A stretch of 64,000 nt of DNA from assembly GCA_003560595.1 (NCBI GenBank), contig PWKY01000088.1, positions 8,578 to 72,577 of the forward strand. Reading direction: 5' to 3'. Both the position numbers and the translations under genes were made by a program. A model generated the notes under the pieces. It made no database searches, was not told where the DNA came from, and saw nothing but the letters and a program-made list of their open reading frames with translations. Origin of the DNA: Thermoplasmata archaeon (lineage in GTDB: Archaea > Thermoplasmatota > Thermoplasmata > Halarchaeoplasmatales > Halarchaeoplasmataceae). Shown in pieces: positions 9,779-19,105 of the stretch; the stretch's first letter is position 1, and each line of letters begins with the position of its first letter.

Positions 9779-10824
9779 TGACGATAAAGGATGATATATT
9801 TCCTTTTTCAGCGGTGGTAGGCCTTCCACTCCTCAAGAAAGCATTGATATTGAATATTGTCAATAAAGATATCGGCGGTGTGCTCATAAAAGGTGATAAG
9901 GGTACGGGAAAATCACTTACTGTAAATTCCTTCAAGAATATCCTTCCCTTCATAAAGGTGGTAGAAGGATGTAAGTTCAACTGTTTAGCTAGCGAAGCAG
10001 ACCGGTTGTGTTTAGAGTGCAAAGAAAAAGTAAAGGAAGGTAATTTGAAAACCACCGTTAAAAGGATGGACGTTGTAGAGATACCTTTGAACATAACTGA
10101 AGATAGACTCATCGGTACCATCGATGTAGAAAAAGTACTACAAGAAGGGGTAAAATCATTTGAACCAGGAGTACTTGCAAAAGCCAATAATAATATCCTA
10201 TACATAGATCAGATCAATCTTCTTGATCATCATATAGTGGATCTTTTACTGGATGTAGCGGCTATGAAAGTTGTCACCGTGGAACGTGAGGGGATCTCCA
10301 CTAATTACATGTCGGATTTTATGTTGGTAGCAAGCATGAACCCTGAAGAAGGGTTCCTACGTCCACAATTGTTGGACCGTTTTTCTTTACAAGTAGAAAC
10401 CAGGACATCAACCGATACAAAGGATCGGCTAGAGATAATAAAGAAGAACAGGGAATATTTTGAAGATCCCTCGGGTATGGCTAGGCACTACAAAAAACAG
10501 GATCTAGCTTTGAAAAAGAGGATAGATAGATCACAAAAACGTTTGGAGTCAGTCGAACTCCCCGATGAGATGTTAAATCTTATCTGTAAGATCTGTAGGG
10601 AATTCGACATAGATGGACATCGTGGAGATATAATCATCGCTAGGAGTGCGATTACCAATGCTTCATATCACGGTAGAAATAAAGTGACCGTTGAAGATAT
10701 AATCCAATCCGCTGAAATGGCTCTTCCCCACCGTATGCGAAAACAGCCCTTTGAAGTTGGAGAATTTAGTAAGGAACAACTAAGCGAATTGGTTTACGAA
10801 CGTTGGGGTTACCCTCATCCATGA
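9775..10824 (+). CDS. BchI/ChlI-like AAA+ protein with Walker B E-to-Q substitution
   Basis: FPFSAVVG, GDKGTGKS, TEDRLIGTID, LYIDQINLL (CAG at 10210-10212), MNPEEGFLRPQLLDR, ALPHR. Confidence 0.88.
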   Translation: MMTIKDDIFPFSAVVGLPLLKKALILNIVNKDIGGVLIKGDKGTGKSLTVNSFKNILPFIKVVEGCKFNCLASEADRLCLECKEKVKEGNLKTTVKRMDVVEIPLNITEDRLIGTIDVEKVLQEGVKSFEPGVLAKANNNILYIDQINLLDHHIVDLLLDVAAMKVVTVEREGISTNYMSDFMLVASMNPEEGFLRPQLLDRFSLQVETRTSTDTKDRLEIIKKNREYFEDPSGMARHYKKQDLALKKRIDRSQKRLESVELPDEMLNLICKICREFDIDGHRGDIIIARSAITNASYHGRNKVTVEDIIQSAEMALPHRMRKQPFEVGEFSKEQLSELVYERWGYPHP

Positions 10825-10918
10825 TGTTATCGGACATCAAAATCCATCCCGACACATTCAACATCTTATAGTCTAACTTTGGTAAATAATATAAAGGTCG
10901 TATGAAATATAGCTTCCA

Positions 10919-12400
10919 ATGCTCGATACTAACTCTGTAGAAAAGATGATCCAAGATTTTAGAGACTCAGGCGGGTTGATCTTGATAGAAAAGGAGGTTG
11001 GTGCAGAGGGGGGATTAACTGATGTAAGACGGCTATTGGAAGATCGTAAAATTTTCGAGTCCTCCGCTGCAAGCACTCGTGATAATATATTCAGCAGAGC
11101 CATGCACAAACATTCAAATATCTTTAAGATCAGAACCCCTCCGAAGATAATAACTGCCTACCTTTCGGATATGTCAGGAATGTTGTTCTGTGTCGCTACA
11201 CGTGATAAATCTGACTTGGATCCAGATATATTTTCAGGTATGTTGAGTGCCGTCAGCAATTTTGTAAACGATTCGATACAGCAGTGGAGTGGAAAGTCGG
11301 AAGAACAGGGCAGCGGCGGTTTAGATGCGCTTTCCTACAAAGACGACAAGCTCGGTAACTTGACCATAAGGATATGCAGGGGTTCTTTTGGAGTTCTCAT
11401 AGTCACTTACAAAGGTGATATATCTAAAGATATAGAAAGGGATATTCAAGAAACAGTGGATTGGGTAGAAGAACATCACAGCGGAGAACTAAAAAATTGG
11501 GACGGTGATACAGATGCGGATTTTTTATATGAAATCAAACGTTATTTATATCGTACTTTTCTAGAGTCAGGCAGATATGATGGAAAATTTGATATGGAAA
11601 CACTGATGGAAAATAAAGAGGAGATAAAAGATAACCTTGTTGAAAAAGTGAATGAACAAACAGGAGAATTTGTGTTCTTATTTGATGATATCCAGTATAT
11701 CGACCCTTTATCTCTTGAACTACTTTCACATCTTTTACACAATACAACCGCCTTGATCATCTGCCAATATGAGATCGACTTGCTGGAGGAGGATCTTGAA
11801 AATGAGGGGTTTAAAAAACTGATAGAGGATACAGGCAGGTGCAGAAAGATATCCATCCGTTCTAATGTAGATATAGAGGAACTTATACGTTCCAAACTAA
11901 AAGGAGTAGACGAGGATTCATTAAAACTGCTCAAATACGCTGCTGTAGCAGATTCATTTGATACTGAAGTATTGACAAGGGCTCTAAAATCTAAACCTAA
12001 AAAAATCAACAAGGTAGTTAACAATCTTGAAAACGTCGGTATAGTGAAGAACGATAGATTCGCCAACTCCCGTTTGAGAACTCGAGCCATGGAATATATC
12101 TCTAGAAAGGAGCAAAAGATGATAGATCTAAGGATCGCGGCGGCGATGATAAAGATAAGAGACGAAAGTAACAACATACGCATAGCTGAACTTTTACTTC
12201 CTTACGCAGATAGTAAAAGGATAATAAGAAAAAAAGCTGTGAAATATTCCATCGATGCTGGTGACGAATTACTACGCAAGTTCGATATCGATAGGGCTAC
12301 TGAATTCTATAATCAAGCTATCACTCTAGACACAAACGAAAAGAGAAAACATTCTCTGCTGGAAAAAACTCTGATATTGGAAAGTCTTACATGGAAGTAG
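10919..12400 (+). CDS. Degenerate STAND/AAA_16-like protein with longin/roadblock-like insert and short TPR-like end
   Basis: Colinear with the N-terminal half of 20552..24067 (PPKIITAYL, DIFSGMLSAVSNFVNDS, WDGDT, FLFDDIQYID), but the Walker A is eroded (LIEKEVGAEGGLT). Confidence 0.65.
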   Translation: MLDTNSVEKMIQDFRDSGGLILIEKEVGAEGGLTDVRRLLEDRKIFESSAASTRDNIFSRAMHKHSNIFKIRTPPKIITAYLSDMSGMLFCVATRDKSDLDPDIFSGMLSAVSNFVNDSIQQWSGKSEEQGSGGLDALSYKDDKLGNLTIRICRGSFGVLIVTYKGDISKDIERDIQETVDWVEEHHSGELKNWDGDTDADFLYEIKRYLYRTFLESGRYDGKFDMETLMENKEEIKDNLVEKVNEQTGEFVFLFDDIQYIDPLSLELLSHLLHNTTALIICQYEIDLLEEDLENEGFKKLIEDTGRCRKISIRSNVDIEELIRSKLKGVDEDSLKLLKYAAVADSFDTEVLTRALKSKPKKINKVVNNLENVGIVKNDRFANSRLRTRAMEYISRKEQKMIDLRIAAAMIKIRDESNNIRIAELLLPYADSKRIIRKKAVKYSIDAGDELLRKFDIDRATEFYNQAITLDTNEKRKHSLLEKTLILESLTWK

Positions 12401-12402
12401 CA

Positions 12403-13521
12403 CTAATGACCGATCTCTTTCTCGAGTAACATCTTATTTCTCCTGGTATTCTCTCGAGAAGGATCTATAGATAAAGCCTTGTTGTAGCATTCTAAAGCTT
12501 CTTGGGCCTTACCAGCTTCCTTCAATGCCACCCCTTTGTTATTCCACAACCCAGCATCATCGGGACGTGCTTCTAAACCTTTATCATAGGTCTCTATAGC
12601 TTCGGCTAAACGACCCATGTTTTTAAGAGCGATCCCAAGGTTGTTCCAAACAGTTGAGTCGTATGGATTGATTTCCCCTGCCTTTCTATAGGCTGATACG
12701 GCTTCATCCATCCGTCCAAGCTTTCGCAGGGCCAGCCCCTTGTTTATCAAACTGTCGATGTCATTGGGATTGAGCTCGAGTAATTCATCATAGGCTTGAA
12801 CAGATTCGTTCAATCTGTTGGACATCTGTAAGGATACGGCTTTGTTGAAAAGTGCTTTTGTGTTGGTCGGTTCATTTTTTATTATACTATCGTAAGTGTC
12901 TACGGCTCTTCTATATTGCCTTTTTTTCATATGGGTAGATGCTTTCTGGAATAGTTCATCTATATCTTCTACGCCCGGAGCTTCTGTTTTATCATGATTA
13001 ATTTCTACCGGTGCTTCCTTCTTGGGGGGCTGCTCGCTCTTTATCTCTAAAAATTTATCAGGTTCACCGGAAAGATCGAAGTCCTTAGAAAGGGCGGCTA
13101 TGGTCTCGGAATCAAAGGCCGCTGGATTAACAGATACGATCATGGTCGCTCCATTCATTGAACCATGGTCGTTTACTCGCTTGAAGAATTTTTTCACGCT
13201 CTTGAAGTCGTTTTCAAGTAAAAGGTATTCACAACCTTCGAACATGACCACAGCGTTATCATTCTCAGAGATGAAATTTGTCACACCTCTAGATAGTTCA
13301 AAATCCAACCTTTCCGGTCGAACGGTGCCTTCACCACCTTCTGAGTCGGTAAGCCATATGATCGCTGCGTCGGTCAAGTTGTACAAATTCTCCACTTTTT
13401 TCGGATATATGGTGGTTATGCAGAGTACTGGATGGTCTTTCACCAGTTTTTCTAGCATTTTAAAGCTCGTATCGGCTCTTTCTTCGTATAGAAGATAATT
13501 TAGTCCAGTTTTCATATTCAA
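12403..13521 (-). CDS. DUF835 (inactive KaiC-like) domain plus TPR repeat protein
   Basis: LCITTIYP, IIWLT, V-P-RL, FEGCEYLLLENDF are typical of DUF835; C-terminal 34-aa TPRs (ALFNKA, WNNLGIAL, WNNKGVAL). Confidence 0.85.
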   Translation of the reverse strand: MNMKTGLNYLLYEERADTSFKMLEKLVKDHPVLCITTIYPKKVENLYNLTDAAIIWLTDSEGGEGTVRPERLDFELSRGVTNFISENDNAVVMFEGCEYLLLENDFKSVKKFFKRVNDHGSMNGATMIVSVNPAAFDSETIAALSKDFDLSGEPDKFLEIKSEQPPKKEAPVEINHDKTEAPGVEDIDELFQKASTHMKKRQYRRAVDTYDSIIKNEPTNTKALFNKAVSLQMSNRLNESVQAYDELLELNPNDIDSLINKGLALRKLGRMDEAVSAYRKAGEINPYDSTVWNNLGIALKNMGRLAEAIETYDKGLEARPDDAGLWNNKGVALKEAGKAQEALECYNKALSIDPSRENTRRNKMLLEKEIGH

Positions 13522-13623
13522 ACCTTTTATTCGGTATCGATACGGATACAGTACACAAGTAAATAAAAATAACGGAAGTTAAAGGCAGAAATTATAAATC
13601 GGGATGCGTCCCTTCTGTTATCG

Positions 13624-14583
13624 ATGGAAGAGAAAAAGATTGTTCCTTTCGTGAAGAGTAAGATAACCAATTTAACCAAAACATCACAAACTATAAAGGA
13701 ATCATTGAAAAAGAAAGAACAAGAGTTGAACATAAGGGAAAAAGAGATCTTACACAAGGAAGAGGCTCTTAACAAGCGTCTTTCGATGATACAAAATAGA
13801 GAAAGTAAATTACAAGAAGAAAGTAAAATTATAGATGAACAAAGGGTTGAACTACAAGATAAGGAAAAGCAACTCGTTGAACGGGAGAGTGCTGCAAAAG
13901 AGATGGAGAGGCAAGCCCTTGAAATCAAAAAAGAAAGTGAAGAAGAGATCGAAAACAACTCTAAGCTCAGAGAGCGCCTGGAGAAGCTTAGAGAGGAGAT
14001 GACAAAAAGGGAGAACACCTTGGACAAGAGGGTTTATACGATCATCGAGAAAGAAGATAAGATAAATCATGAAGAACGCTTGCTAGAAGAAAAAAGAAAG
14101 GGCATCGAAAAAAGGGAAAGGGGTTTGAACGAACTCAAAGATACTCTGGAACGAAGGAGTGAAAACCTGCAGGAGGAAAGTGACGAACTCAAAGAAAAAG
14201 AACTCAAATTAGAGATAACGTCGAAGGAAGTTGATTCAAGGGAGAAGATAATATCTCAGAGAGAACAGGAACTGGAAAATAAATTGACAGATTATGAAGA
14301 TAAGGTAAAAAAGATGGATGCTGAGATAGAGAAACAGGGATCCAAGATGGAAGAGATGCAGAAAACCATCGATGCCAGGAGCGATGAATTGACTAAGAGG
14401 GAGATAGAGCTAAAGAGAAAAGAAACTGAATATCAAAATAAGTTAGAGGAATTAAAGAATAAACAGCTGGATATCGAGCAAACGATGTCTGGTATGATAA
14501 AACGGAGAGAAGAGTTGGATAGAGTTGAACTAAGCTTGATACGTAAAGAAAAAAAGTTATTTGGTAAGTATAAAGAATCCTGA
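13624..14583 (+). CDS. Long coiled-coil protein
   Basis: 319 aa, almost entirely E/K/R/L heptad-like sequence, no TM segment. Confidence 0.75.
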   Translation: MEEKKIVPFVKSKITNLTKTSQTIKESLKKKEQELNIREKEILHKEEALNKRLSMIQNRESKLQEESKIIDEQRVELQDKEKQLVERESAAKEMERQALEIKKESEEEIENNSKLRERLEKLREEMTKRENTLDKRVYTIIEKEDKINHEERLLEEKRKGIEKRERGLNELKDTLERRSENLQEESDELKEKELKLEITSKEVDSREKIISQREQELENKLTDYEDKVKKMDAEIEKQGSKMEEMQKTIDARSDELTKREIELKRKETEYQNKLEELKNKQLDIEQTMSGMIKRREELDRVELSLIRKEKKLFGKYKES

Positions 14584-14588
14584 TGTTC

Positions 14589-15368
14589 TTATTTTATATA
14601 TCTCAGGGCGGCCTCAATATCCTCCCTAGAAACCCATCTACGGCCTTGATAGGCCGCTTCCGCCTTTGCGTACATTCTTGAGCGATCGAATTTTTGTGTA
14701 GGGTCGTCTGAAAATTTTGTCATGATCTTATCTTTTAACTCAACAGACAAAGTTTCAGCAATATTTACCTCACTGATCATCTTTCGTGCTTTTTTTATCT
14801 TATCGGAGTAGTTCTTTTCTACATCTCTGAATTCTGCTAAAAATTCTTTAAAGTCCCATTGAAATTCCCGCTCCCTCTTTATCATCTCGATCCTTTGCTC
14901 TATGTCTTTTATCGGTCTTACATCGACTTTGAAATCGACATCTAAGATATCATCCTCGGGTGACTCTACATTCTTTATCAGGATCAGCGATTGATCTACT
15001 CCCTTCTCCGAACGCCAGATGGATAATATATCCTTTATCATCTCGATGTCATAATTTTCTATCGAAGGTATAATCAAGTATTGCAGCCGCTTTTCATTTG
15101 TTATGGTCCTGATCTTATCCCTAAGGTTTTCATCGTTATAACTATTCAAAAAAAGAAAGAGCTTATCTCTATCATCGGAGATGTGGTCTGCTATGATGCA
15201 AATCGTCTTGACCGTACGTTCTTTCATGGTATATTTTGGTCCAGATATCAACACATCACCTAAACCTGGACATATCGCAAACATGGTCAAAAATCTTTTC
15301 AACATATCTTGCCCAACTACGGCGTTAAAGGGAAAATAATCCACCTTTAGTTCAGTTACATCTACCAT
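14589..15368 (-). CDS. Inactive BchI-like AAA+ subunit
   Basis: FPFNAVVGQ and a lid (AKAEAAYQGRRWVSREDIEAA) like BchI, but Walker A is GPKYTMKE and Walker B is lost. GAGGT RBS before ATG 15368. Confidence 0.75.
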   Translation of the reverse strand: MVDVTELKVDYFPFNAVVGQDMLKRFLTMFAICPGLGDVLISGPKYTMKERTVKTICIIADHISDDRDKLFLFLNSYNDENLRDKIRTITNEKRLQYLIIPSIENYDIEMIKDILSIWRSEKGVDQSLILIKNVESPEDDILDVDFKVDVRPIKDIEQRIEMIKREREFQWDFKEFLAEFRDVEKNYSDKIKKARKMISEVNIAETLSVELKDKIMTKFSDDPTQKFDRSRMYAKAEAAYQGRRWVSREDIEAALRYIK

Positions 15369-15379
15369 ATTAAAACCTC

Positions 15380-17941
15380 TCAAAACATATTTGCATTTGT
15401 TTCACTGAGTACGGGGGCAATAGAATCAAAACTGTTAGTGATCATTTCTGGATCCAAATCACATCCCTCCCAAGCAGAAAATAACTTGGCTAATTGTTCG
15501 ATCTTTATTTCAGCGTCGTACCTATGTAAACCTAATTCCGCACATGTTCTGGCGATAAGGTCTATATGGGAATCCGTTATATCCATTTGATTTATCAGAT
15601 TACCTGCATACTTTATTTTCTCTACGATCTCTTTATTTTTTACATCATAGTTATCTGTGTCTATGAATGAAGGTAGTAATGATTCGTATCCCTGTTTATT
15701 TATCACATATCCCAGGTGATCTTGTATCAACCTATTGAAATTTTCACCTTCATTCCGAGCGATGATCGATATCCTTACATCTATATCTCTGGAATACTCA
15801 TTGTTTTTTACAGTGAAAGTGCCTGTTTTCAGGATATCGGAAATAAATTCAGCCACTTCGTCTTTCATATCCTTGATCGATTCGATTACAAATATACCTC
15901 GATTCGCCTTTACCAGAGTGTCAGAAGTCAAACAGTATTTAACTAAAAGTTCACCTCTGATCTCTTCTAAGCTTTCATCTCCTCTTATGCATACCCAGGG
16001 TAACCCAACCGTCTCAGTGCTGATGGTTTTTCCCTTATATTTTAATGAACATTCGGGACACAGATCGATATCCGAAGGGTGACAATTCATACTGCATCCA
16101 ATAGGTACTTGGATGTTTATAGGTAGGGAAGAAAGCATATCTACAGCTTGTCTAAAAGTCTCAAGAGAATATCCTTTTACAAGGGTCAATTTGATATTTT
16201 TCTTGTTTACAAGGGATAATGCTAGTTTTGTAAAGAGATATTGAGATAACGTTTCGTTATCATCTGATTTATCGATAACGAAATATTCCAATGAATCTTG
16301 AAGTACACCTAAGTTTACCGTGTCCATATCCTTTATCAATGCTTCTGCTCTCATCAAACTAAATAGGCGTTTTGAGGCCTCCTCATCTAATTCGTCTGAG
16401 ATGATCTCGGTGATATATTCTGGTATTTCGATTGAAATTTTACCATTTATAAAATCATTTACCGCATTAATCTTTTCAATCCTTCTTTCTTCCAACCATA
16501 TCTTGAAACGTGATGGATCAGACTTCATTTTCTTTTGTGCCATCACTTTCCACATCTTACCCTGGATATCTTCTTTTTTTATCATTCTACGATATTTTAC
16601 AGGTACGTTCGTGTTGATATCATCAAGGAAAAGGAAAACGCCCCTTGGTTTAAAACGATAATATTCGGTGTATTCCTCGTTAGATACCTGACATCGCTGT
16701 GATCTAATACATTCTTCCAACAGATCTGAAAATTTAGTATAAGCATTATCGTTTTCCACGAAGAGTAAACCATTATCTGCACGCATCAACAAGCCCGGGT
16801 CCACTATATATCTAACAAATAATTCACCGTTTAAATCTTTTTCACTGTGGTCCTCTGAGATAACTCCATACCCCAAAGGTTTTTTTGAGGTACCAAAGGT
16901 ATCGTTTTGAGTGTATCTACATTCTTTACATAGAGTATCGCTATCAGGAGAACAGCCGTAATGACAGTTGTTTTTCACGTCAACTTCTATTGGGGTTTCA
17001 CTTAAAAGAGCGTTCACATGCTCTATTGCATTCGAATTGTAACCTGAGAATACGGTAAAGATCGGTTCTTGAGAAGCCAATGAAGCCAGTGCGGTATCAA
17101 GGATCTTCTCGATGTCCGCTTCCATTTCAAGGTCTATATGTGAACCCTCTTCGTTAAAACCGATGGGGAGGTACTTACCATCAGTCCTCCGTACGATATC
17201 CTCACATATTGTGGATCGTTCACCAACGTCGATTATAAGGGGACGTATACCCAGGTGATCCATCTCGTCGGATAGTCTAGAAAATTCTTCCTCGATCTTA
17301 CCTCCCAAAAAAAGAGGAACATTTGCCCCTCCATCTGTTATGATCACGATGATGGGGACAAGCCAGGGCTCCTTTCTCATTATATCTTCGAGAATGTGAA
17401 GTCCGGTTTTGATTCCTGAAGAAAGAGGTGAGGTACCTCCAAAACCTATTGAATCTATGAGTGTTCTACCCTTTTCAATATTTGATGTAAATGGAAGAAG
17501 ATAACTCGCATTTTCGCCTCCAGCGGTGATAACGGCGATCTTATCACGTTTCTTATAGGTATCTAAGAATATCTCGTCTAAACATCTTTTAGCAACGGCC
17601 AGTTTACCGCCTTCCATCATAGAGCTGCTAGTATCTAGTATGATGAGGGTATGCGTGGATATCTTCTTCCTTTTGACTTTGATCCTATAGTCACGTTTAG
17701 ATATCCTTACATCCCCATGTTTAGAGTGTGATAGTGCTGAAAGGATAGTAGGTATCAGTGCAATATCTCCGATCTCTTCTGAAGTAGGTATGCGATATCG
17801 TATGCACTTTCCTTGCCCGCCTGTTGTTAATATATCCGTTCTTTTTCCGGAAGGAAGTTCGCAGAAATAAATTTGCCTTCTCTTCTGTTTGGCGAGGGAA
17901 TCTAGTATATTACCGATGTCCTTACTTTTGACTATGTCTAT
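15380..17941 (-). CDS. Permuted BchD/ChlD-like protein: N-terminal linker plus VWA (MIDAS), followed by two degenerate BchI-like AAA modules; probable ATA start
   Basis: The frame is open 107 codons upstream of the track start (17620) and encodes GKCIRYRIP, DIALIPTI, IILDTSSSM (DxSxS). Then GGTSPL, IITDGGAN and two Cys-cluster AAA modules (CHYGC..LCKEC, CSMNC..LCPEC) without Walker A. Confidence 0.75.
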   Translation of the reverse strand: MDIVKSKDIGNILDSLAKQKRRQIYFCELPSGKRTDILTTGGQGKCIRYRIPTSEEIGDIALIPTILSALSHSKHGDVRISKRDYRIKVKRKKISTHTLIILDTSSSMMEGGKLAVAKRCLDEIFLDTYKKRDKIAVITAGGENASYLLPFTSNIEKGRTLIDSIGFGGTSPLSSGIKTGLHILEDIMRKEPWLVPIIVIITDGGANVPLFLGGKIEEEFSRLSDEMDHLGIRPLIIDVGERSTICEDIVRRTDGKYLPIGFNEEGSHIDLEMEADIEKILDTALASLASQEPIFTVFSGYNSNAIEHVNALLSETPIEVDVKNNCHYGCSPDSDTLCKECRYTQNDTFGTSKKPLGYGVISEDHSEKDLNGELFVRYIVDPGLLMRADNGLLFVENDNAYTKFSDLLEECIRSQRCQVSNEEYTEYYRFKPRGVFLFLDDINTNVPVKYRRMIKKEDIQGKMWKVMAQKKMKSDPSRFKIWLEERRIEKINAVNDFINGKISIEIPEYITEIISDELDEEASKRLFSLMRAEALIKDMDTVNLGVLQDSLEYFVIDKSDDNETLSQYLFTKLALSLVNKKNIKLTLVKGYSLETFRQAVDMLSSLPINIQVPIGCSMNCHPSDIDLCPECSLKYKGKTISTETVGLPWVCIRGDESLEEIRGELLVKYCLTSDTLVKANRGIFVIESIKDMKDEVAEFISDILKTGTFTVKNNEYSRDIDVRISIIARNEGENFNRLIQDHLGYVINKQGYESLLPSFIDTDNYDVKNKEIVEKIKYAGNLINQMDITDSHIDLIARTCAELGLHRYDAEIKIEQLAKLFSAWEGCDLDPEMITNSFDSIAPVLSETNANMF

Positions 17942-19101
17942 GTTTTACTCCCTCCCATATCAGTGCGGTTTCGGATCGAAAGCAAAAGTAAAGCTTTCAT
18001 CACTTTCTTAGTATAAACCGGTTCGCCTTCTTTCCGATCCCAAGCTTTAAGCCGATCTCCATCGACACCTTCTATAAGATTTATGGAATTGATTATGACC
18101 TTTTTACCGTAATCAGAAATCTTATCCGAAACGATAGCCGCTATGAGCAGTATCTTTCCACGGACCAATAAGATTTCGGTCCCGTCCGATGTTTTTATCA
18201 ATTTAGGTGTGTTCGGCTTGAGTTTCTTACCACTTCTAATGTGATCACGTATTTCACTGACTATATTTCTAGCAGAGATCACTCCTCTTTTAGGTGAATA
18301 TTTATGCTTATACCACTTCATCAAAAGCATCCCTTTACCATGGAATAAAAATAGATCATCTATCGGCATCACCTTTGACATAGTCTTTTCCACTGGACGA
18401 GAAACCTTTACACTCTTCCTTTCGACTTTATCCGAGGCATCCTTAACGAATTCTGAAACGAAGAACTCTTCTTGATATACCCTTTTTAGGTCCTCAACTT
18501 CCACTATTATCGGATCAAGATCATCTGCCTCATTTATTTGTTCTAGTAGTTCATTGATACTATCTTCCAGCGGTTCGATCCTCATATCCTCAAGTTCATA
18601 TCTTAGATCACGTGCTTTCAATTTGTTCAAAAATTCTTGGTAGCGTTTTTGCCATCTGTCTCTTTTTTCCAAGTTGAATGATAGATCAAGAAGTTCTTCT
18701 GCTTCATCGACGTATTCCGCTACATTTTGGCATATGATATCGTCTCGTATAGCTCTAGATTCAGTAATCCATTTTTGATACTTATCGATAATTGCCTTTC
18801 TATTTTTAGCTTTATCTAGTTCCTTCTCTAATGGTTTAATATGATAACCTTCGGCAGCCCATTCAAGGACCTGAGACTCGATTTTGTCGTCTTTTCCACT
18901 ACTCGATATTTCAACGGTATCAAAATCTTCGAAATATTCAAACACACCATTTATCGCATCTTTACTTAGACCGAGTGCTACAAGATCTTTTTTCTTTAGC
19001 TCGGCAAGATCATTCATAGAACTTATGCCGGAATCTACTAGGGTCTGTGCACGTTTCTCGCCGATACCTCTGATTTTCTTTAGATCATTTTTAACATCCA
19101 T
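17938..19101 (-). CDS. Helix-hairpin-helix protein with helical middle and C-terminal longin/roadblock-like domain
   Basis: N-terminal LKKIRGIGEKRAQTLVDSGI HhH; C-terminal IDDLFLFHGKGMLL...ILLVRGKILLIAAIV...LKAWD resembles the insert in 10919 and 20552. Confidence 0.65.
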   Translation of the reverse strand: MDVKNDLKKIRGIGEKRAQTLVDSGISSMNDLAELKKKDLVALGLSKDAINGVFEYFEDFDTVEISSSGKDDKIESQVLEWAAEGYHIKPLEKELDKAKNRKAIIDKYQKWITESRAIRDDIICQNVAEYVDEAEELLDLSFNLEKRDRWQKRYQEFLNKLKARDLRYELEDMRIEPLEDSINELLEQINEADDLDPIIVEVEDLKRVYQEEFFVSEFVKDASDKVERKSVKVSRPVEKTMSKVMPIDDLFLFHGKGMLLMKWYKHKYSPKRGVISARNIVSEIRDHIRSGKKLKPNTPKLIKTSDGTEILLVRGKILLIAAIVSDKISDYGKKVIINSINLIEGVDGDRLKAWDRKEGEPVYTKKVMKALLLLSIRNRTDMGGSKT

Positions 19102-19105
19102 GATC

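Noticed and set aside
8023-14070. Ser/Leu/Phe-rich antisense ORFs (e.g. 8023..8493, 11542..12183, 13527..14027)
   Set aside because: Expected reverse-complement artefacts of Glu/Lys-rich coding strands; the same applies to most short antisense ORFs in the track.
7772-17941. Magnesium or cobalt chelatase (bchI/bchD/cobN pathway)
   Set aside because: No large H/CobN subunit or tetrapyrrole genes apart from the divergent HemL-like gene; the membrane fusion, permuted VWA and multiple dead modules do not fit a canonical chelatase. A cobN outside the window cannot be excluded.
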